Source: Hemiscyllium ocellatum | Lineage: Eukaryota | Assembly: GCF_020745735.1 (NCBI RefSeq) | Contig: NC_083409.1 | Coordinates: 22,712,048 to 22,776,047 of the forward strand | Length of the DNA stretch: 64,000 nucleotides | Reading direction: 5' to 3' | Part shown: piece by piece, positions 13,150 to 25,591 of the stretch | Layout: every line of letters starts with the position of its first letter | How positions within the stretch are numbered: position 1 is the first letter of the stretch | The notes under the pieces: model-generated | What the model saw: the letters and a program-made list of their open reading frames with translations, nothing else | The model's database searches: none | What the model was told of the DNA's origin: nothing | Program-made: the position numbers and the translations under genes

Positions 13150-14250
13150 TCCTCTATTAATCCAATAATTGTCTTCAGTATCTGAATCAAAGTTTTCGTG
13201 CTTTCCATTTATTGACCTTCCCGAATGGGGGTGTCCCGAAGCCCGAAGCAGTACAAGACGACATGAGGATATAGACGGGCTGGGAGGGTCAGATGGGCTG
13301 ATCAGTAACAAGCGGAATTCATTCCAATAAATGTGAGTCAGTGGACTGAGTCCTCCCTGACCATGAGAGTGAGGTGAGGGCAGAGTGACAGCACTTGACA
13401 TCAAGGCCTCTTTGATGGGGTGTGGCATCAAGGAGCCCGAGCAATGCAGCAGTTTTTCACCTGCTGTTCCAGGGAAGGGATCAATATCTGGATCCCTCCG
13501 AGCAACTCCTGGGAATTCTGTCATCCCAAAGGGACAAGTCGTCCTCCTCAGTTCAAACAAACAGCAGCAAGTCAGCCACACACTGTCCAAACTGTTTGGG
13601 TGAGCTGACCTGAACTCTCACAGCCTTGTGCCATGCTCTGCTGGAAGATGGAGGGACTATTGGGAAAACCCTTGGGGCAGACAGCTCCACCAATATTGTT
13701 GGTCTTGAACTGTGAAGGTGAACTTTTCCTGGTCATCAGCCCTCCCTGCCCCGATATGGACCAGAACATGTTCAAAATGACCAACTGTGTAAAGACCCAC
13801 TGCCAGTCCGACAGCAATGAGCCAATCTGCTCTGAACACTCCCTGAGTGAGCTCACTCCATTTTGTTCAGATACAGCCATTGAGTGCCCAGGGAGCCCAT
13901 CTCTCCACTCCAGGGTTTTGTTAGCCTTCCCATCACAGAGTTCCCCCGAGAACCCCTTCAGTTCGTTCTCCACTAGAGAGGGCTGGTCCAAGTGGGTTTG
14001 ATGGATGTATGAGATATAACGGGGTCTACTCAACATGTTCCCTGTTCCCCACCCACACACATATGGACACAGGCTCTTCCCCATTCATTGTACATCATCA
14101 GACACAGGTATTCAGGATGGGTACTGCCCCTTCAGAGCACCACCATGGTGGATGGGGGGAGTGGAGTGAAAGGTACCCTCCCCACTCTGGGTTTGGACCT
14201 TTCCCATCTACAGTCTGAGTTCAGCTTACTCTCGGCATCATTCTTCGATC
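13150..14250 (+). mobile_element. Highly decayed retroelement fragment, possibly Tx1/L1 ORF2
   Basis: GC-rich block absent from the paralogs; only a weak IKASL... resemblance to the RT YxDD region. Confidence 0.25.
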
Positions 14251-14454
14251 TTTCTGAACTCTAACTCCAGTTATTGGGGAAGACTTTCTCAGGGCCCTGC
14301 GTTCCTGCTGAAAGTGTCCCTTCTGGCCCTAACTGTAGGATTGCCCTCCTGCTCCCGAGACCCCATTGCCCTCTCTATTCTCCCCCTCGTGTTCCGTGCC
14401 TTGAGGGTGGAGGGTTTCAATTCACACACCCTTTCCCTGAGGCTTCAGCTCAGG

Positions 14455-15161
14455 CCATTTCCAAAGCACACACGAGACAGAGACTGAATCTTCTTCATCT
14501 TTATTCCCTTTTCCAGATTGACATTGACAGAAAACAGTCAGCAATTAACAGCCCAGACAGAGGGAGCTGCTCAAATTCACAGCCACAATGGAGCTTGAGG
14601 AAAACACTTGTGGAGATTTTCTCAAGAACCTGAGAATCCTGTCCCTTTAAACAGTGACAAAACCTTAAATTGGAACTGGTGGCTGAGCAGGAAGGAGGTC
14701 TATTTTACTGAAACAGAGACTTTTGAGGTTCACATTGTTTTTGTACAGCTGACAGTCTTCAGTATCTTTGAAAGGTTATGCTTGTTATTACAAGTCAGCA
14801 CCATTCCCATCAAACAATCCCCCTGGACAGGGACAGAATAGGGTTAGATACAGAGTATCGCCCTTTCCATACTGTTCCTTCGAAAGACACCCATGACAGG
14901 GACAGGATAAGATACAGAATAAAGCTGTCTCCACACTGTCCTCTTCAAAAACCCCAAGGACAGGGACAGCACTAGGTTGGGTACAGAGTGAAGCTCTCTC
15001 TACAGTGTCACAGTAACCTGCCTTAACTCCTGAACCTCAGAAGTGTCCCTGAGGCCAGTTCTGACAATGACCTTTGTCCTGCCAGCTCAGCCCTGTTCTA
15101 TTTAAAGTTGTGTCTCCTCTGTGGACTGTCTCAAACACTACACACATACTGATCTCCTGAT
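14455..15161 (-). pseudogene. Inverted, 5'-truncated C-kappa remnant (last ~7 codons plus 3'UTR)
   Basis: Reverse complement reads ATCAGGAGATCAGTATGTGTGTAG (IRRSVCV*), then 3'UTR homologous to 2989-3560 including AATAAA. The rest of the exon was not found. Confidence 0.85.
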
Positions 15162-16065
15162 CAGTGATAGAATCATGTAATTATGGAATCTGTACAATAT
15201 CGAAGCAGGTCATTTACCCCAATGAGTTCACACCAATCCTCTGAATCCCACCCAGATCCAAACCATGACACTATCCCAGTAACCTTGTGTTTCCCAATAG
15301 CTCATCCACCCAGTCTGCTACATTGTGAGTGTGAGGGGAGAGTGCTTCCTGTTGAGTGCTTCCTGCCACCTCCCGGTCCAATAGCCTGCCTTACTTCACC
15401 ATCCAGCTCACACTTGGAGGAATGAGGTCATTTGGGGAGGCTGGGGATGTTTCCCAGCCAGAAATAGTGCCTTCAGGAGAGATGGAGAGCAGATGATTGG
15501 GTGCGAGTGGGGAGGGAGCAAAGGTGAGTGTGGTTGGTGTGGTCTGTTGTCTCAAGGTGGCGTGTGGGACTTTGAAGCAGGTGGTGACAGGTACTGAGCC
15601 CTTTCTGTGGAAGGAGTTTGTAAGTCAATCGGTGAAAATGAGGTGGGCACTCGAGTAACGCCTTTGTTGCGACTGAAGCTCTTGCTACCTTCCTATCCAG
15701 GCTGCTGTGCCTTTCCACCACTCCTAGTTATACTCAGCCTGAGGACAACAATCCATTCTTCTGAGGGGTAGCTGTACTCAGGCCCAGCACATGAAATTGT
15801 TCTTTTGTCAGATCCTCTTCGAAAAGCTCATGGCTCACCACTGCCCTCTCCAGGACAGTTAGGGGAGGGCAATAAATAGCAGACACATCAATGCCCTTCC
15901 CATCCCAGAAGAAATCAAAATCAATGATGTACAACTCAAATGATCAAACTGGTGGAAGGGGGATTGGATCAGCCCAGTTATTAAATTTCATTTGATAATT
16001 CCTGTATTAAGTTCAAGATGAAGCTATCCTGGTCTCTGCAGAACTTAAGACTAATTTTCATTGTT

Positions 16066-17696
16066 TTTTTATAGATATTTTTATTGGGAATTTAACATTT
16101 TGACAAATTTACAAAAATAAGCAGAATTTTCAAGCACAAACATTAATATAAAAATAGATCTTAAATATATAATCATCAAAATTCAACTAATCCACAATCA
16201 TCCAGAGTGTATAGTTGAGTCGCTTACATCCTTCAAAGAAGAGAAAATGTTCTCTAATACACTCATAACAGTATGATAAAAAGGAAGTTATTTCCAAACA
16301 TTAAGAACAAAAAAAAAATTAAACATGTTTGAATGGAGATCTTCCCCCTTGTTCTCAGGGGGCCTTACTACCTTTCCAACGTTCCACCATATCCTCTCCC
16401 AAACAGTGTCCCACCCTCAACCCGGGTGCTCCTTAATAGGATTTGGATATAATACCGAGCTAGAGTTAACAGTGAGTGCTGCACCCCCACCCCTCCCCAC
16501 CCATACCTGAGTATATCTGCTAGCATCAATGCCACGTACAAACACACATAACTATAAAATTACAACTCCAACAGATTACAGTTAAGTATAATAACATAGC
16601 AAGGAAGACAACCCCGCTCCCAGAGGCAAAAGTAAAGTAGAATAAAGTATCCATTTCTCCCCACGGAGTGTGGGAGAGGCAAGCCAACATAAATTGTCTC
16701 TTACGATTTATTTAACAGAGTCTAAAAGTTTCTTGGCCTCTTCCGATGATCTAAAATTATACTCGGATCCTTCGTGGGTAAAGCATAACGTCGCTGGGTA
16801 GCGTAAGGTGTATTGAATATCTAAGTCCCTTAAACATTTCTTCACCTCATCAAACGCCTTCCTTCTTCGTGCCAAAGCCGGGGAGAAGTCCTGAAATAAC
16901 ATAATCTTGGATCCTTCATGAATCATAGCTTTAGGATCCTTTCCAAGCTTTCTGGAGGCATCCAGGAGTATCTGCCTCTCCCTATAACTGTGCAGCCGGA
17001 ACTGGACCGGGCGTGGGCGCTGGTTTGGGCCAGATCCGCGTGCTGCGACCCGGTAGGCCCACTCCACCCTTACCCGGTCAGTTTCAGCCCCCAGGTTTAA
17101 AAGCTGGGGCAGCCATCGCTCCAGAAATACTACTAACTGTTCTTTCCCTTCTTGTTCTTGAAGGCCCAGCAATCGAATATTCTTTCTCCGATTTCTGTTG
17201 TCAATATCATCCATGTAGATTTCAAAGGCCCGGACTCTCTGCTCCAGAGCTCTCACCTGTTCTGCAGCTGTTTGAGCTGCAGCCTTGGAGGTCATGGCCT
17301 TTAGCTCCGCCCCCTCCACTCGCCCTGCAATTCTCCCATAGAGTGATTCTGTTTCTGCAGCTTTTCTTCGAATGCATTCCATCTCTGTCTGGATTCTGCG
17401 ATGAAATTGACGAGTGTCGATTCCAATCTAGCAATCATCTCCACAAGGCCTGTTTTTACATCAGCTGCAGCCGGAGGAGACTTTGTTTTCTGAGAGCTGC
17501 GGGGTCCCTTTGATTTACTCATTATCCACTCAATATTAGACTATTTAAATATAATATTCAGCAGCTAATTAAGATTAAAGAAATTTTTTGGGTGGTTTGG
17601 CAAGTGTGGTGGGGGCAGGAAACCCACTTTTCCCAGGTTTTGGGAAGAGCTCTGTAGACTCAGACTTGCTGAGTCGCCGCCATCTTGGATCTCCCC
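16066..17696 (-). mobile_element. Second copy of the ORF1-only L1 element; ORF1 frameshifted
   Basis: Colinear with 23942-25591. 14-bp TSD TAATTTTCATTGTT at 16052-16065 and 17697-17710. An 18-bp deletion and a 1-bp deletion (GGGCGAG vs GGGCCGAG) split ORF1 into 17301-17522 and 16708-17382. Confidence 0.9.
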
Positions 17697-17699
17697 TAA

Positions 17700-19870
17700 T
17701 TTTCATTGTTAACTTAATACATTTCCATGTTCATTCTTTCTCTCCAAGTTGATCCTAGTTTGAATGTTGCTTAAAAACAAAACATTTTGTCAAAGCTTTT
17801 TGTCTTGTATGCATCAGGACAACATACTAGAAATGCTACAGTAAAAGAAAACAATATTTAAACTGGCGTGTCCATAGTGACAACACCTCAACCTATCAGC
17901 ACTTTCCTCACTTGTAATATAAATGTCATTTTTTTTCTCCTTTGATTGGTAATTTTGCAACTGCCCTGTTGAGGGCAAATGAAAAACTTCCACAAAACAG
18001 GCATTTTTCAGTCCAATTTAATACTCGCAAATGACTACAAAGAACAAGGAAAATTTACAGTCCAGGAACAGGCCCTTTGGCCCTCCAAGCCTGAGCCGAT
18101 CCAAATCTACTGTCTAAACCTGTTGGTCAATTCCTAAGCATCTGTGTTCCTCTGCTCCCCACCTACTCATGCATCTGTCCAGACGCATCTTAAGTGAATC
18201 TGCCATGCCTGCCTCTACCACCTCTGCTGGCAACGCGTTCCAGATGCCCACTACCCTCTGTGTGAAGTACTTGCTGTGTGTTTCCCCCTTAAACTTTCCT
18301 TTTGGATCCTAATTTTCTCTTTTGCTTCAGACCTGTTCAAATTCCAAGCGGCAATTCTCTCCCATTTTGAATGGAAGACTCAGTTTATCAGCACTCACTA
18401 AATTCCAATCTCTGCATCAAAATATTTTTCCTGATCTCCTTTCTGTCCCTGGTGTATGACAGGAGAATGTGTCATTTTGCCTTTCTGTTTGCCGGCATTG
18501 ACTGTAAACCTACATTTACTGTGTGTATTTCATTAAGAAGTTTCGATAATCAGAATTCCCTCCCTCCCCCCTCGAGATCCTGTTCTGGTGTTTTCTTGTA
18601 ACCTAGATCCCCTGTTCCTGGACCATTCTGCATTGCCCCTCATAGAAGCCCCTAACTATCCACCATATTCCAGATGTGACCTAACCATTCTTCAGTACAG
18701 CTGTCCTGGCCACTCTCCCCTCCATCTCCTCACTCTCAACATTCATTCCAAAATCCCCTTTCCCATTTCTTCTTCTGAAAGTTTTCCCAATTTTAAGCAT
18801 TTATGTCACTTGACATCCTTTCTTGTCCGCTGCAGTAAGTTGTTCACAATATGAGCTGCACTTCATCCTTATCGTTCTGAGTCATTATAACCAGGAAAGC
18901 TTCTTGCCAACTCTCAGTAGAGAAATTCAATTAATCCCATTGCCCTGCTCTATCCCAATAGCTTTACTGTATTTCTGGTGTATTCAACAACATCTGCCTT
19001 ATGCTCTTACACCCACTAACGGCTTTCTGTCATCTCTTGAGTTCTTCCCGATAAATTGCTTTTTGGTTGCGGTTTGGTGACACTGCTTTGGTAGCCGTTT
19101 GTTAGATCTTTGAGTGTAATTCATTTTGTGCCTGATCCCAGTGCCAATCGTTGGGGCACTCCTTGCAATCTGAAAAAGCAGGTTCACCCATGTCTGGCCT
19201 AGGCTCCAGTCTTTCAAAGAGACGAATTCAAGCCTCACCAAGTTAACCATTTCAATTGTACCTCATTTGTTTTGATTTCTCCTGGGATGGGGCATGTGTC
19301 TGCGATTTGTTGCCCTTCCCTAATTGTCCTGGAGAGGGCGGTGGTGAGCAATGTAATATCTGGGAAGGAAGGCGCTGGGATCTGTCCAAACAAAAACCAT
19401 GAAACTCAATGTCACGTTCATGAATGTTCTTTGGGCAAGGGATCCTAGTCATTATCCGGTCTGTGACTTGATTCATTCTTAACGATCCCATGATTTGGCT
19501 CAGCAAAGAACTCAGTCCAAGCAGCTGGAGAGGGGAAATAAATATGAGGCTTGTCAATGGCATTAATGCCCTGAGATGGCATAATGCAGCTCTTTGCTGT
19601 CTGCTTTTTAGTCTCTGATCCACCACACTCTCACTGTTAGGGGTCTCTAATCCTCTCACATTAATTAATTAGATGATGGCAATATGTGAAGAGCTTTTAG
19701 TTTGAACTGTCAGATCTCTTTTCCCATGCCTCTCTCCTCTCCACCTCCCTCCAAGCCTTTCACCAGATGTTTCCCGTGACAGCCTTGCTGTGCAGAGTGA
19801 AAGCTCTCTGTGTTCTCAGGCCTCACTCTGGCTTGTGTCTGTCTCCTCTCCAACTGAACACAAAACACAT
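17700..19870 (-). repeat. Inverted duplicate of ~10074-11790 and of ~47270-48140
   Basis: Reverse-complement matches, e.g. 19000-19552~10074-10640, 18300-18400~11460-11540, 17730-17820~11690-11780, 19600-19870~47290-47560. Confidence 0.8.
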
Positions 19871-19881
19871 ACTTGCAGATA

Positions 19882-19895
19882 CCAGCAGGTGGCGA
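19882..19895 (+). promoter_or_regulatory. Candidate CTCF site
   Basis: CCAGCAGGTGGCGA matches the CTCF core consensus at 13 of 14 positions. Confidence 0.5.
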
Positions 19896-19934
19896 CAGAC
19901 CCACCCCCAAAGCTGTTAAACAGAATCTCATCTT

Positions 19935-21492
19935 TTTTAGTAGCACTTAAAAAAATCAGGACAATTAAACAGGCCAGACATCTAAAACATGAAACCAGAT
20001 GGATCCAACACACCAGGCTTCAATGGATTACCAAAAATACACAAACCAGGGGTCCCCTCGGACCTGGTACACAAACATACAGACTGGCCAAGGAACCCCA
20101 CTAAAAACTGAAACATCGAACTGAAGATACAAGCCACTCCATTCCCCTAACCAAGAATTCCCGAACACCATCAAAGACAGAAAGAAGAGGATGAAATAAT
20201 GGTCTCCTTTGATGTTACAGCCCTTTTCACATCAATTAACATCGGCCTGACCAAAGAAACATTGGCATTGCTACTAGGAACACCAGAAATACAAACACCA
20301 GACAGCACCAACGTCATCAGCAAAGATAACATCCTCAAGCTAGTGGACCTGTGCCTCACCACCCACTTCACATTCAACAACAAAACCTACAAACCAGTCA
20401 ACGGAACACCTATGCGGTCACCAATATCAGGTCTCATAGCAGAAGCAGTAATGCAGAGACTTGAACAAGTTGCCCTCATATTTATCCAACCCAAACTTTG
20501 GGTCCGCTATGTAGATGACACCTTTGTCATCACAAAACGGAACAAATTAGAGGAAACCTACAACACTATCAACGATACCCTGGCAGGCATCAAATTCATA
20601 AAAGAGGAGGAGAACAACAGACTCCCATTCCTAGACGTGACAGTTGAACGTACAGTTAACGGAGAGCTTCAAACCAGCATCTACAGAAAAACAACACTCA
20701 CGGACCAAATACCTAACATCAGAAGCAATCATCTCAACACCCACAGATGAAGCTGCATTAAGACATTATTTCAATGAGCTACATCACACTGCAGCACCCA
20801 AGAACTACAAAAAACAGAAGAAAAATATTTACATGTTTACAAGAAAAACAGGTACCCAATAAACAAAGTCCATCGATTCCTCAGAAACAAACCCAAACAA
20901 GTAGACACAACGCAACCAAAAACTATAGCCATACTACTTACATACAGACTACTCACACCCCTTGGCATCATGGTAGCCCACAAACCTACCAACACACTTA
21001 AACAGCAACTAATGAGCCTAAAGGATCCATTAGATACCACCTGCAAAACTAGCATCATTTGTAAGATGCCATGCAAGAACTGTAAAAAAACACTACATCG
21101 GACAAACTAGCAGGAAACTTGCCACCAGGATACCTGAACACCAACTGGCCACCAAAAGACATGACCCACTACCATTAGTTTCTGTACATACAGACAAAGA
21201 AGGACACCACTTTGACTGGGACAACACACACATCCTAGGACAGGCGAAACAAAGACACACATGAGAATTCTTAGAGGCATGGCATTCTAACCATAACTCC
21301 ATCAATAAATACATTGATTTAAATCCTATCCACCTTCCATTGAAAAAATGACCCAGAAACGGCATCACCCACCTTAAGAAACCAAGACCTAAAAATAGAG
21401 AGACGGGACATACAATCAGCACCTCACTGGAGACTCTCACTGATGATGTTACCTAGTATGGTGACAAAACGTCTGAAAACAAACCTTCAGGC
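19935..21492 (+). mobile_element. Penelope-like element (RT plus GIY-YIG), 5'-truncated and decayed
   Basis: ORF 20199-20750 has SFDVTALFTSI and RYVDDTF. GIY-YIG remnant (CKNC..YIGQT) at ~21060-21140. Terminal repeat with a hammerhead-like motif at ~21447-21480. Confidence 0.85.
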
Positions 21493-21692
21493 TCAGTGAG
21501 CAAACTTACGGACTTAGTAGTGGGTGTGTGGAATGCACTGCCGGCAGTGGTAGGAGAATCAGATACATTAGGGACTCTTGGATAGACACAATGAAGTTAG
21601 TGCAATGGTGAGAGTAGGATAAAAGGCCGGCACAACATTAAGGCCTGAAGGGGCTGTACTATGCTGTACTGTTCTATATTCTATATTCTGTG

Positions 21693-21978
21693 CTGCCTCA
21701 CAGCGCCAGAGACCCGAGTTCAGTACCTGCCTCAGGCGACTGACTGTGTGGAGTTTGCACATTCTCCCCGTGTCTGAGTGGGTTTCCTCTGGGTGCTCCA
21801 GTTTCCTCCCACAGTCCAAAGATGTGCGGGTCAGGTGAATTGGCCACGCTAAATTGCCTATAGTGTTAGATAAGGGGTAAATGTAGGGGTATGGGTGGGT
21901 TGCGCTTCGGCGGGTCGGTGTGGACTTGTTGGACCGAAGGGCCTGTTTCCACACTGTAAGTAATCTAATCTAATCTAA
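21693..21978 (+). mobile_element. HE1-type SINE, 5'-truncated
   Basis: SINE body plus (AATCT)n tail. Confidence 0.85.
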
Positions 21979-22139
21979 TTCTATGTCCTATGTTCTACGC
22001 TGAAAGCCTTCCCATAGCCGGTACCAAAAACTTCTTCACCAAAGGTTCTTTCAGCTCCGGGATACAATGTACACTGTTTATTTCCTACTAATGACTCTAT
22101 ATATCTACCTTGGAGTCAAAGAGTCATAGAGTTCTGCAG

Positions 22140-23620
22140 CCCTTTGCCCCAAACTCATCCATGCCAACCATATATCCATCAGCTCTAACCCCATTTCCCT
22201 GCATTTCACCCACATCCTTCTAATCCTTTCCTATCCATCTATTTGATCAAATGCTTTTAAATGTTGTTAATTTACCCTCCTCACCCATTTCCACTGGCAG
22301 TTCATTCCATATGCATATCATCCTCTGTGAAAAAAGTTGCCCCTCAGGTTCCCTTTTGTTCTTTCCCCTCTAACCTTAAACTGATGCGCTCTAACCCTCG
22401 ATTCCCCAACCGTGTGAAAAAGACTGAGTGCATTAACCCTATATCCATCCAGTCATGATCTTATACACCTCTATAAGGTTACCCCTTCCTCCCCCCTGGC
22501 TCCTACACTCTAAAGAAAAAAGTCCTGGTTTGCCCAACATCTCCCTATAACTCAGACCATTGAGTCCTGGCAACATTTTGTAAATTTCTACTGCACTCTT
22601 TCCAGTTTAATAACATCCCTCCTATAACAAGGTGACCAACACTGAACACAGTACTCCAAGTGCAGCCTCACCAATATTTTGTACAACTGCAATATAACTT
22701 CCTAACCTCTATACTCATTTCCCTGACTGATGAAGGCCAGTGTGCCAAAAGCCTTCTTCACTGCCCTGTCTACCTGGGACACCAAGATCCTTCTGTTCCG
22801 CTTCTTTAAGGTCCTGCCACTCATCACGAAATTCCCACATTAATTTGACTTTCCAAAATGCAAGACCTCAAAATTAACTATATTAAACTCCATTTGCCAT
22901 TTCTCAGCCCACTTCCCCAATTGATCAAGATCCTGCTGCAGTTTCTGACAACCTTCCTCACTGTCCACAATACTGCCTCTTCTAACGTAATCAGCAAACT
23001 AACTAATCATGCCTTGTATATTCTGTCAAATCATTGATATAGATACCAAACAGTAATGGGCCCAGCACTGACCCTTGAGGCACTCCACTGGTCACAGGTC
23101 TCTAGTCCCACAAGCGTCCTTCCCCTATTACCCTCTGCTTCCTACCATCAAGCCAACTGTGTATCCGCTTTGTCAGCTTATCTTGGATTCCATGCTATCT
23201 AACCTTCCAGAGCAGCCTACCATGTGGAACCTTAGCAAAGGCCTTGCTGAAATCCATATTTATTATAGGTAAAAACAATGACTGCAGATGCTGGAAACCA
23301 GATTCTGGATCAGTGGTGCTGGAAGAGCACAGCAGTTCAGGCAGCATCCAACGAGCAGCGAAATCGACGTTTCGGGCAAAAGCCCTTCATCAGGGGATAT
23401 TCCTGATGAAGGGCTTTTGCCCGAAACGTCGATTTCGCTGCTCGTTGGATGCTGCCTGAACTGCTGTGCTCTTCCAGCACCACTGATCCAGAATCCATAT
23501 ATAATATGCCTACCACCCTGCCCTTGTCAACGTTCCTGGTCAATTCATTAAAGAACTCTAACAGATTTGTGAGGCATGATCGTCCACTCACAAACTCATT
23601 GTTGAAGCTACAGCCCATCA
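22140..23620 (-). mobile_element. CR1-clade LINE 3' fragments
   Basis: Decayed RT C-terminus (GRSCLTNLLEFF, V..LYMDF) and 3'UTR; interrupted by the palindrome at 23260-23495. Confidence 0.75.
23301..23495. repeat. Perfect 94-bp inverted repeat with 7-nt loop; head-to-head Penelope terminal repeats with a hammerhead core on each strand
   Basis: 23301-23394 is the exact reverse complement of 23402-23495. CTGATGAAGGGCTTTTGCCCGAAACGTC lies at 23403-23430 (+) and 23366-23393 (-). Confidence 0.9.
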
Positions 23621-23941
23621 CCTGTTCCTATCAGTGTGTTTCAGTCAAGGAGACAGAAAGGGCTCCTGTACATTCACAATGAACGTCTCCGTTGAATGTC
23701 TGTTGTTGGGAAGTGATTGATTTTGGTTTTAAATACAGAAGGTATGGCCAATATAAACTGCTCAGAGAGAGTCAGCATGAATTTAAAACATCAAAGGATG
23801 TTGTTTGTATGAACTTACAGAAGACATTCGCGAAAGTTCCACGGAAGAATTGGAGTGCAATAATGGGAACAAAAAGATGGCAGAATAATTAAATACATAT
23901 TCTGGATCTTTGTACACAAAGGAAGACTCAAGTATATCCCA

Positions 23942-25591
23942 GGGGAGATCCAAGATGGCGGCGACTCAGCAAGTCTGAGTCTACAGAGCCCTTCCCAAAA
24001 CCTGGGAAAAGTGGGTTACCTGTCCCCACCACACTTGCCAAACCACCCAAAAAATTTCTTTAATCTTAATTAGCTGCTGAATATTATATTTAAATAGTCT
24101 AATACTGAGTGGATAATGAGTAAATCAAAGGGACCCCGCAGCTCTCAGAAAACAAAGACCCCTCCCCCACCCTCCTCTCCTCCGGCTGCAGCTGATGTAA
24201 AAACAGGCCTTATAGAGATGATTGCTAGATTGGAATCGACACTCGTCAATTTCATCGCAGAATCCCGACGGAGATGGAATGCATTCGAAGAAAAGCTGCA
24301 GAAACAGAATCAAACTATCAGAGAATTACAGGGCCGAGTGGAGGGGGCGGAACTAAAGGCCACGACCTCCGAGGCTGCAGCTCAAACAGCTGCAGAACAG
24401 GTGCGAGCTCTGGAGCAGAGAATCAGGGCCTTTGAAATCTACATGGATGATATTGACAACAGAAATCGGAGAAAGAATATTTGGTTGCTGGGCCTTCAAG
24501 AACAAGAAGGGAAAGGACAGTTAGCAGCATTTCTGGAGCGATGGCTGCCCCAGCTTTTAAACCTGGGGGCTGAAACTGATCGGGTAAGGGTGGCGTGGGC
24601 CTACCGGGTCGCAGTACACGGATCTGGCCCAAACCAGCGCCCACGCCCGGTCCTGTTCCGGCTGCACAGTTATAGGGAGAGGCAGATACTCCTGGATGCC
24701 TCCAGAAAGCTTGGAAAGGATCCTAAAGCTATGATTCATGAAGGATCCAAGATTATGTTATTTCAGGACTTCTCCCCGGCTTTGGCACGAAGGAGGAAGG
24801 CGTTTGATGAGGTGAAGAAATGTTTAAGGGACTTAGATATTCAATATACCTTACGCTACCCAGCGACGTTGTGCTTTACCCACGAAGGATCCGAGTATAA
24901 TTTTAGATCATTGGAAGAGGCCAAGAAACTTTTAGACTCGGTTAAATAAATCGTAAGAGACAATTTATGTTGGCTTGCCTCTCCCACACTCCGTGGGGAG
25001 AAATGGATACTTTATTCTACTTTACTTTTGCCTCTGGGAGCGGGGTTGTCTTCCTTGCTATGTTATTATACTTAATTGTAATCTGTTGGAGTTGTAATTT
25101 TATAGTTATGTGTGTTTGTACGTGGCATTGATGCTAGCAGATATACTCAGGTATGGGTGGGGAGGGGTGGGGGTGCGGCGCTCACTGTTAACTCTAGCTT
25201 GGTATTATATCTAAATCCTATTAAGGAGCGCCCGGGTTGAGGGTGGGACACTGTTTGGGAGAGGATATGGTGGAACGTTGGAAAGGTAGTAAGGCCCCCT
25301 GAGAACAAGGGGGAAGATCTCCATTCAAACATGTTTAATTTTTTTTTGTTCTTATTGTTTGGAAATAACTTCCTTTTTATCATACTGTTATGAGTGTATT
25401 AGAGAACATTTTCTCTTATTTGAAGGATGTAAGCGACTCAACTATACACTCTGGATGATTGTGGATTAGTTGAATTTTGATGATTATATATTTAAGATCT
25501 ATTTTTATATTAATGTTTGTGCTTGAAAATTCTGCTTATTTTTGTAAATTTGTCAAAATGTTAAATTCCCAATAAAAATATCTATAAAAAA
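23942..25591 (+). mobile_element. ORF1-only L1-derived element (HAL1-like), full length
   Basis: 5' end GGGGAGATCCAAGATGGCGG, intact ORF1, ~640 nt 3'UTR, AATAAA (25571-25576) and an A tail. 12-bp TSD AAGTATATCCCA at 23930-23941 and 25592-25603. No ORF2. Confidence 0.9.
24116..24949 (+). CDS. L1 ORF1p (coiled coil, RRM, CTD; Transposase_22-like), 277 aa
   Basis: Motifs NRNRRKNIWLLGL, FQDFSPALARRRKAF and YPATL are typical of vertebrate L1 ORF1p. Confidence 0.9.
   Translation: MSKSKGPRSSQKTKTPPPPSSPPAAADVKTGLIEMIARLESTLVNFIAESRRRWNAFEEKLQKQNQTIRELQGRVEGAELKATTSEAAAQTAAEQVRALEQRIRAFEIYMDDIDNRNRRKNIWLLGLQEQEGKGQLAAFLERWLPQLLNLGAETDRVRVAWAYRVAVHGSGPNQRPRPVLFRLHSYRERQILLDASRKLGKDPKAMIHEGSKIMLFQDFSPALARRRKAFDEVKKCLRDLDIQYTLRYPATLCFTHEGSEYNFRSLEEAKKLLDSVK

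Noticed and set aside
14810-15010. CRISPR-like repeat array (also considered for 43061-43336)
   Set aside because: Vertebrate DNA, contiguous degenerate units without unique spacers, no cas genes.
14455-15161. C remnant as a processed retrocopy
   Set aside because: Homology continues past the poly(A) signal, with no A tail or TSD.
19390-19398. Perfect RSS nonamer ACAAAAACC
   Set aside because: No heptamer at 12- or 23-bp spacing (GGCGCTG, CTGGGAA); lies in a repeat-derived segment.
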